Below, piece after piece: positions 58,465 to 64,000 of a stretch of 64,000 bases of DNA (position 1 is the stretch's first letter; every line of letters starts with the position of its first letter). The translations under genes and the position numbers were made by a program. Location: contig NZ_CANSMR010000008.1 of NCBI RefSeq assembly GCF_947648125.1, forward strand, positions 172,509 to 236,508. The letters run 5' to 3'. Below the pieces are notes generated by a model, which saw only the letters and a program-made list of their open reading frames with translations, ran no database searches and was not told where the DNA came from. Source of the stretch: an uncultured Bradyrhizobium sp. GTDB taxonomy: Bacteria > Pseudomonadota > Alphaproteobacteria > Rhizobiales > Xanthobacteraceae.

Positions 58465-58711
58465 GGCTCGGCCCTCCGTGAGCGCGCGGAGAGGGCGCGA
58501 TCCCGGCCGTGGGGTAGTCTATGGGGTGGCCGGGACCGCGCTTGCTCCGCGCTGGTGTGCCAAATGTCGTTCGATAGCCGAGGGTGCGAAAGGTGCCGAA
58601 AGTCACGCTTTGTTGCGGGCCGGGATCTGATCTTGTTGGCGGGATGCCGCTCAGGTTTGGCGCTGACGCCGCTGCGATGCTATTCTCTGCGTCTAACCGG
58701 GAACTTGATGC

Positions 58712-59008
58712 ATGCGCAAACTCGCCGCGATTTTTCTTCTCACCATGATTGCCGGACCGGCATGGGCGCAGCAGGACCATGTCCAGCGCTACCGCGAAGA
58801 GATCGAGAAGTCGCCGGCCGATGTGGCCAACGAGGCGCGGCAGCAGCGCGCCTACCAGCGCGCACTCAGCGGTGTGCCGGACCAGAAGCCGACCGACCCG
58901 TGGGGCATTGCGCGCAGCAATGACGGACAGGCCGCCCCGAAGGGGACTGCCGCGAAGACGCCTGCGCCGAAGAAGCAGGCCAAGCCCACCAGCGCTGCCG
59001 CCAAATAA
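58712..59008 (+). CDS. Secreted hypothetical protein (98 aa), Lys/Ala/Pro-rich tail
   Basis: Signal peptide 'MRKLAAIFLLTMIAGPAWAQQ' precedes a low-complexity basic C-terminus 'AAKTPAPKKQAKPTSAAAK'. Confidence 0.6.
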   Translation: MRKLAAIFLLTMIAGPAWAQQDHVQRYREEIEKSPADVANEARQQRAYQRALSGVPDQKPTDPWGIARSNDGQAAPKGTAAKTPAPKKQAKPTSAAAK

Positions 59009-59030
59009 TCCCCGAGTGCGGACCAGGTCG

Positions 59031-59336
59031 ATGAAGTATTACCTCTGCAAACTGACCGGGCCGCGTCCGACCTTTCCGCAGGACATGACGCCACAGGAAG
59101 CCGCAATCATGCAGGCGCATGTCGCCTATTGCGGCGAATTGCTGCAAGCCGGCAAGGCGCTCATCTTCGGGCCGGTGTCCGATCCCGCCGGCGTCTGGGG
59201 ACTGGGCGTGCTGCAACTGGCTGACGATGCCGATCCGCAGGAGATCGTCGCCAACGATCCCGTCAGCAAGGCCAATGCCGGATTCACCTATCAGGTGATG
59301 CCGATGCTGCGCGCTGCAACGCGCGAGACTTGCTAG
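59031..59336 (+). CDS. YciI-family protein
   Basis: 101 aa. 'MKYYLCKL...MTPQEAAIMQAHVAYCGELLQAGKALIFGPV...DPV' fits the YCII fold pattern. Starts at ATG 59031. Confidence 0.75.
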   Translation: MKYYLCKLTGPRPTFPQDMTPQEAAIMQAHVAYCGELLQAGKALIFGPVSDPAGVWGLGVLQLADDADPQEIVANDPVSKANAGFTYQVMPMLRAATRETC

Positions 59337-59371
59337 AATCTCTGGAATCTTCTCAACAAGGTTTGGATCGC

Positions 59372-60223
59372 ATGAACGCAGGCCATCCGCAAAACGCCGA
59401 TCAGATTGCATATTGGAACGGGCCGGGCGGTCAGCGCTGGGCCTCCAGGCAGGCTGCGCAGGATATCGTGCTGCAGCCGGTGCTCGACCTCTTGATCGAT
59501 CGCGCCGCGCCGAGGGCCGGTGAGCGCATCGTCGATGTCGGCTGCGGCAGCGGCGCCTCGACCTTCGCGCTGGCGGCAAAGGTTGCGCCTGATGGCTGCG
59601 TGCTTGGCGTCGACGTCTCGGAGCCGATGCTGACGCGGGCGCGGCAGAGCGCGCCGCAGGGATTGCCGGTCGAATTCACGCTTGCCGATGCGACCGTCCA
59701 TCCGTTCGCCGGCGAGAGCTTTGATCTCCTGGCCTCACGCTTCGGCGTGATGTTCTTTGCCGATCCGGTGGCCTCGTTCACCAATTTGCACAGAGCGTTG
59801 CGGAAGAGCGGACGGCTCGCCTTCGCGTGCTGGCAGGAGCCGCGCGAGAATCCGTTTTTCATGGCGCCGTTGCAGGCCGTCTACAAGCACGTGCCGAAGT
59901 TGCCGCAGCTTGGTCCCGAAGACCCCGGTCCGTTCTCATTCGCGTCCGAAGCGCGCGTGAACCGGATCCTCGGCGAAGCGGGGTTTACCAGTATCGCGAT
60001 GGAGTCCTGCCGGCTTGAGTTCGACGTCGCGATCGGGCGCGGAATCGACGCCGCTGTCCAGAGCGCGCTCGAGATCGGGCCCGCCAGCCGCGCACTGGAA
60101 GGACAACCGGATGACCTACGGGCCGCCGCCGTCACCTCGATCCGCGAGGCGTTGACGCCGTTCGCGAAGGGCAATTCCGTGCCGCTGCCGGGCGCGATCT
60201 GGATCGTGACGGCGCGGGCCTGA
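59372..60223 (+). CDS. Class I SAM-dependent methyltransferase
   Basis: Motif I 'RIVDVGCGSGAST' and motif post-I 'VLGVDVSEPML' are present. Starts at ATG 59372. Confidence 0.85.
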   Translation: MNAGHPQNADQIAYWNGPGGQRWASRQAAQDIVLQPVLDLLIDRAAPRAGERIVDVGCGSGASTFALAAKVAPDGCVLGVDVSEPMLTRARQSAPQGLPVEFTLADATVHPFAGESFDLLASRFGVMFFADPVASFTNLHRALRKSGRLAFACWQEPRENPFFMAPLQAVYKHVPKLPQLGPEDPGPFSFASEARVNRILGEAGFTSIAMESCRLEFDVAIGRGIDAAVQSALEIGPASRALEGQPDDLRAAAVTSIREALTPFAKGNSVPLPGAIWIVTARA

Positions 60224-61480
60224 TCAGGCTTTCTCTTCCCAGATCATCGCCAGGTGCACGATGGTCTGCACGGCCTTCTCCATGTCCTGGCGGCTCACCC
60301 ATTCGAGTCGCGAATGGAAGGCGTGCTCGCCGGCGAAGATGTTCGGGCAGGGCAGTCCCATGAACGACAGCCGCGAGCCATCCGTGCCGCCGCGGATCGA
60401 GGTCTTCACCGGCGTGAGCCCGGCGCGCTCGATCGCCTCGATCGCATAGGCGACGATCTGGGGGTGGCGATCGATCACCTCTTTCATGTTGCGGTATTGC
60501 TGCTTGACCTCCATGCGGTAGGTCGAGCGCGGATATCCCTTCATGACGTCCTGCACGATCTTCTCGAGCAGCGATTCCTTCTGTTTCAGGCCGGCTTCAG
60601 TGAAATCGCGCACGATGAAGTCGATCCGCGCATTCTCCAGCGCGCCAGAGATCGCGACCGGATGCAGAAAGCCTTCCTTGCCTTCGGTGGTCTCGGGCGA
60701 ACAGGTGTCCTTGGGCAGGCGATCGACGATGGCGGCCGCGATCTTGATCGCGTGCTCCATCTTGCCCTTGGCGAAGCCCGGATGGGTCGCGACGCCCTCG
60801 ATGATGATGCTGGCGCCGTCGGCGGAGAAGGTCTCGTCCTCGATATGGCCCGCGGTCTCGCCGTCCATGGTGTAGCCGAAATCGGCCCCGAGCTTCTTGA
60901 TGTCGACCTTGTCGACGCCGCGGCCGATCTCCTCGTCCGGCGTGAACAGGATCTTGATGGTGCCGTGCTTCACCTGCGGGTTGGTGACCAGGAAATGCGC
61001 GGCGTCCATGATCTCGGCGAGGCCGGCCTTGTTGTCGGCGCCGAGCAGGGTGGTGCCATCGGTTGTGATGACGTCGTTGCCGATCTGGTCGGCCAGCGCT
61101 TCGTGCTCGGCGGCGCGGATCACCTGCGAGGCATCGGCCGGGAGCACGATGTCGCCGCCGCGATAATTCTCCACGACCTGCGGCTTGACGTTCTTGCCGG
61201 TGCAGTCGGGTGAGGTGTCCATGTGCGAGCAGAAGCAGATCACCGGCACCGTCTTGTCGGTGTTGGCCGGGATCGTCGCATAGACATATCCGTGTGGATC
61301 AAGATGCGCATCCGATATGCCCATCGCCTGTAGCTCGGCGACCAGCAAGCGGCCGAGATTCTTCTGCTTCTCGGTGGAGGGGCAGGTCGGCGAATCCGGG
61401 TCGGACTGGGTGTCGATCACGACATAGCGCAGGAAGCGCTCGGTGACGGTGTGTTTGAAGTCGAGAGCCGGTGCCAGCAT
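60224..61480 (-). CDS. pepT: Peptidase T (tripeptide aminopeptidase, M20B)
   Basis: 'TERFLRYVVIDTQSDP...CPSTEKQ', 'CSHMDTSPD' and 'GADNKAGLAEIM' are collinear with my recollection of E. coli PepT. Starts at ATG 61480. Confidence 0.93.
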   Translation of the reverse strand: MLAPALDFKHTVTERFLRYVVIDTQSDPDSPTCPSTEKQKNLGRLLVAELQAMGISDAHLDPHGYVYATIPANTDKTVPVICFCSHMDTSPDCTGKNVKPQVVENYRGGDIVLPADASQVIRAAEHEALADQIGNDVITTDGTTLLGADNKAGLAEIMDAAHFLVTNPQVKHGTIKILFTPDEEIGRGVDKVDIKKLGADFGYTMDGETAGHIEDETFSADGASIIIEGVATHPGFAKGKMEHAIKIAAAIVDRLPKDTCSPETTEGKEGFLHPVAISGALENARIDFIVRDFTEAGLKQKESLLEKIVQDVMKGYPRSTYRMEVKQQYRNMKEVIDRHPQIVAYAIEAIERAGLTPVKTSIRGGTDGSRLSFMGLPCPNIFAGEHAFHSRLEWVSRQDMEKAVQTIVHLAMIWEEKA

Positions 61481-61570
61481 GAAGACCGCGCAAGGGTATG
61501 AGAACAGGAATAAGGCGCTCAGGCGGAGTTGGTTCGCGCAAGCAAAGCGCATCGAGAGACAACTCTACAA

Positions 61571-61617
61571 CAGAAAAGCGCCACTCCGGGGCCGCGTCGC
61601 GAGCCGGAATGGCGCTT
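61571..61617 (-). terminator. Rho-independent terminator after hup
   Basis: On the minus strand, AAGCGCCA..CCGG / CCGG..TGGCGCTT extended stem is followed by TTCTGTT. Confidence 0.6.
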
Positions 61618-61639
61618 GGTATCAAGCAGGTTAAGAACC

Positions 61640-61939
61640 CTAGACGGCTTCCTTCAGCTCCTTGGCGGCGCGGAAGGCGACCTTCTTGCTCGCCTTGATG
61701 TGGATCTGCTCGCCGGTTGCCGGGTTGCGGCCCATGCGGGCGGCGCGCTTGCGGACCTGGAGGATGCCGAGGCCGACGATGCGGATCCGCTCGCCCTTCT
61801 TGAGGTGCTTGGTGATCCGGGTGACCATGTCGGTCAGGATCGCCTCGGCCTGCTTCTTGGACAGCTCCTGCTCTTCGGCGATGGCCGCCGCCAGGTGCTT
61901 CAGCGTGATCGTCGCCGGGGTCGCTGCTTTCTTCGCCAT
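61640..61939 (-). CDS. hup: HU/IHF-family nucleoid-associated DNA-binding protein
   Basis: 99 aa. 'GERIRIVGLGILQVRKRAARMGRNPATGEQIHIKASKKVAFRAAKELKEAV' is the canonical HU arm region. Its position after lon is conserved. Confidence 0.93.
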   Translation of the reverse strand: MAKKAATPATITLKHLAAAIAEEQELSKKQAEAILTDMVTRITKHLKKGERIRIVGLGILQVRKRAARMGRNPATGEQIHIKASKKVAFRAAKELKEAV

Positions 61940-62203
61940 GTGTGGCCCTCCTCGTTGCTGAATGGCTGGATTGCTGCTTTCACGCGAATGGCGCGCCGTT
62001 CGCGTCGGGAAAATGCGTCCGGAAAAGTCCTGAAACCGCCGGTTCTGGGAACGGGCAGCGCCGGGCCCGGCCACAGGAAGCCCAGACGTATCAGGCCTTA
62101 TTTGATTCGGGGCTTTGCTGACTACGCCGTTTCCCCTGAAAACAGCCGACAACTCGCGTCCACAGCGCAAAAGCGGCGGCACCGTGCAGGATCCGCAACG
62201 TGC

Positions 62204-62232
62204 TTGACTATCGGGATGCGGGCCTTTATGCC
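62204..62232 (+). promoter_or_regulatory. Candidate sigma-70 promoter of tRNA-Asp (TTGACT-N17-TATGCC)
   Basis: -35 TTGACT (62204-62209), 17-nt spacer and -10 TATGCC (62227-62232), about 38 nt upstream of the tRNA 5' end. Confidence 0.35.
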
Positions 62233-62269
62233 CTCGGTCCTGCGCGGATCAATCCGATGATCGGCATCC

Positions 62270-62346
62270 GCGGGAGTAGCTCAGTTGGTTAGAGCGCCGC
62301 CCTGTCACGGCGGAGGCCGCGGGTTCGAGTCCCGTCTCTCGCGCCA
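62270..62346 (+). tRNA. tRNA-Asp (anticodon GTC), 77 nt, encoded CCA
   Basis: Folded by hand. Acceptor GCGGGAG/CTCTCGC (one G-U), anticodon stem CCGCC/GGCGG with loop CTGTCAC, T-loop TTCGAGT. Confidence 0.93.
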
Positions 62347-62478
62347 GTCTTATCAAGCACTTAGCCCAAGTTCCAGATTTTAGACGTCTTGTGCGCGGGG
62401 CCGTCTTGGCGCGCTTGAACGCCCTTCGTCCGGACTTCCGGGACGCAAAAACAACCGCGCTCCGATGCGCGCGATCTT

Positions 62479-62670
62479 TCAAACGATCTCGATAGCTGGT
62501 TCGCTCCCAGCAATCGCGTGATCCTCATTCACGCGCGCAATCCGACATTCCGCGACGCCCGACACGATCAGCCAGGTTTCCGGCTTGGCTCCTTCGCCGA
62601 TCACGACCGTTGCGTCCTGATCCGGGAGTGCCTGGAGCACCTGGACGAGCTCGCGGACTTTCATCGACAT
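62479..62670 (-). CDS. Hypothetical small protein (63 aa)
   Basis: ATG 62670 is preceded by AGGAAG and GC3 is high. The sequence 'MSMKVRELVQVLQALPDQDATVVIGEG...' is non-repetitive. I recognise no family. Confidence 0.5.
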   Translation of the reverse strand: MSMKVRELVQVLQALPDQDATVVIGEGAKPETWLIVSGVAECRIARVNEDHAIAGSEPAIEIV

Positions 62671-63026
62671 GCTTCCTGGAGGCCGACCAACTGGCGCGCC
62701 TTTCACGCCAGCATGACATCGGCTGATGCGGTAGTGACTATCGCCACCCAGACCAGCGAGAAACGGACGTACGTCAGGTCTCGGTTCGAGCGCGCAGCGT
62801 AACGCGCGAGCCTGACGTCAACCTTACTCTCATGACGTCGCCCTCGCCGATAGTGGTCGCAGCCGGTTTGAGCAGGAACGACGTTCGCGGTTCCATCGTC
62901 TTGCGGAACTCACACGCTCTCGATGCGTCTTAAAGTTGCCGGAGTAAACGCAGACAGTTCAGGAAATTCAAGTGACGCGAGCGTAGGCCAAGGCTGATGA
63001 AGCGAACCTGACACGGAGGCGTGCTG

Positions 63027-63905
63027 ATGAATTGGAGTTCGTGGCTGAACGAGTACTACAACGACGAACTGGAAAGAGCGGACGCGGCCTGCCGAAGGGG
63101 AGAGTCCGTCTACGACGCACTCAAATGGATCGACGATCCGTATCTGTGGAACGTGCTGCTCTGGAAGGAATATGATGGCTTCAAGGCCATCAAGGCCGCC
63201 ATTCCGGATCCGCCCGACGCCGGGACCCAGAAAAACTGGAGCGGTCGTTCCGGGATGGAGCTCGGCGCCGCCGTCATCGAAACCTATCGCCTGTTGCACG
63301 ACAAATTCAGGCGTCATCTGGATAAGCCGCTCGCTGAATGCGCGGTGCTGGACTATGGCTGCGGCTGGGGCAGTGTGCTCCGGTACTTCATGAAGGATGT
63401 GCCACTCCGCAATCTGCATGGCTGCGATCCGCACAAGGGCATCATCCAGGTTGCCCAACGCTCCAACCCGCACGCCGATATCGTGCTGTCGGACAGCCTG
63501 CCGAGACGCTTGCCGTTCAACCAGAAATTCGATGTCGCTTACGCGCTATCGATCTGGACGCACCTCTCGCCTGCCGCAAGCGACACATGCCTGGCCGCGG
63601 TCCACGATTCTCTGGAGCATCGCGGTCTCTTTCTTCTGACCATTCGACCGCCGGCATATGCGTTCTATGAGCCGATCTCGAAACTGCCCGGCTGGGATCA
63701 GCAAAAAATCGCCGAGACTGTGGCGCGGGACGGATTCTACTTCTATCCGCAAAGCTATCCGGTCGATGGCGAAATGACCTATGGCGAGACGATCATCAGC
63801 AAGCGCTACATCGAGACGCACTGGACCGACCGGTTTGATCTCGTCGATGTCGGCATGAATGGGATCTCACCGTATCAGAGCATCATCGTTCTCCGAAAGA
63901 AGTGA
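63027..63905 (+). CDS. Class I SAM-dependent methyltransferase (lower GC3 than neighbours)
   Basis: Motif I 'VLDYGCGWGSVLRYF' and 'FDVAYALSIWTHL' are present. GGAGG lies 9 nt before ATG 63027. Confidence 0.8.
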   Translation: MNWSSWLNEYYNDELERADAACRRGESVYDALKWIDDPYLWNVLLWKEYDGFKAIKAAIPDPPDAGTQKNWSGRSGMELGAAVIETYRLLHDKFRRHLDKPLAECAVLDYGCGWGSVLRYFMKDVPLRNLHGCDPHKGIIQVAQRSNPHADIVLSDSLPRRLPFNQKFDVAYALSIWTHLSPAASDTCLAAVHDSLEHRGLFLLTIRPPAYAFYEPISKLPGWDQQKIAETVARDGFYFYPQSYPVDGEMTYGETIISKRYIETHWTDRFDLVDVGMNGISPYQSIIVLRKK

Positions 63906-64000
63906 GGCCGCCACAGGATCGTATTGGCGTTGCTTGGTCGGGGCAGGGCCAAAAATCAGGCCGCGACACCGACGGCATCGATGGGGCGCGTTGACTGTTG

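Noticed and set aside
58100-58780. 226-aa minus-strand ORF downstream of tRNA-Val
   Set aside because: It is a Pro/Arg/Gly/Ser-rich low-complexity translation that spans a divergent promoter region and overlaps the better-supported 82-aa ORF in another frame.
62782-62800. Possible att-like partial repeat of the tRNA-Asp 3' end (GGTTCGAG...)
   Set aside because: Only about 8 nt match the tRNA T-arm. This is too short to distinguish from chance, and there is no integrase nearby.

Overview
High-GC (about 65%) alphaproteobacterial chromosome segment. Gene order and the palindromic REP-like elements suggest a Bradyrhizobium/Nitrobacteraceae-type genome; this taxon call is an inference. I can support about 60 CDS, 3 tRNAs (Leu-TAG, Val-TAC, Asp-GTC), several rho-independent terminators and three families of REP-like repeats. 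Most of the window is conserved housekeeping: nrtR-like/nadA/nadB/nadC, metY, rplM-rpsI, glnB-glnA, nnr, tig-clpP-clpX-lon-hup, pepT and ctaA. Interspersed accessory-looking modules are: (1) a Wzy-type exopolysaccharide locus (283-7656) whose chain-length-determinant protein carries a degenerate, apparently dead, kinase-like domain; (2) a CelD-like GNAT plus polysaccharide deacetylase pair; (3) a dipeptidase/orphan Tat binding protein/DhlA-like haloalkane dehalogenase block bracketed by the same REP family; (4) a GNAT gene sitting between two copies of the glnA terminator; (5) a stand-alone B12-binding radical SAM gene; (6) a Tat-exported multicopper-oxidase-like protein lacking 3 of 4 copper motifs; (7) small lower-GC gene sets downstream of tRNA-Val and tRNA-Asp. 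I saw no CRISPR array, transposase, integrase, prophage or recognisable defence system, and no unequivocal novel multi-gene system. The findings are leads ranked honestly, mostly of modest interest. The many long ORFs antisense to real genes are GC-driven shadow ORFs and were rejected. All family calls come from reading motifs in the translations without database searches.
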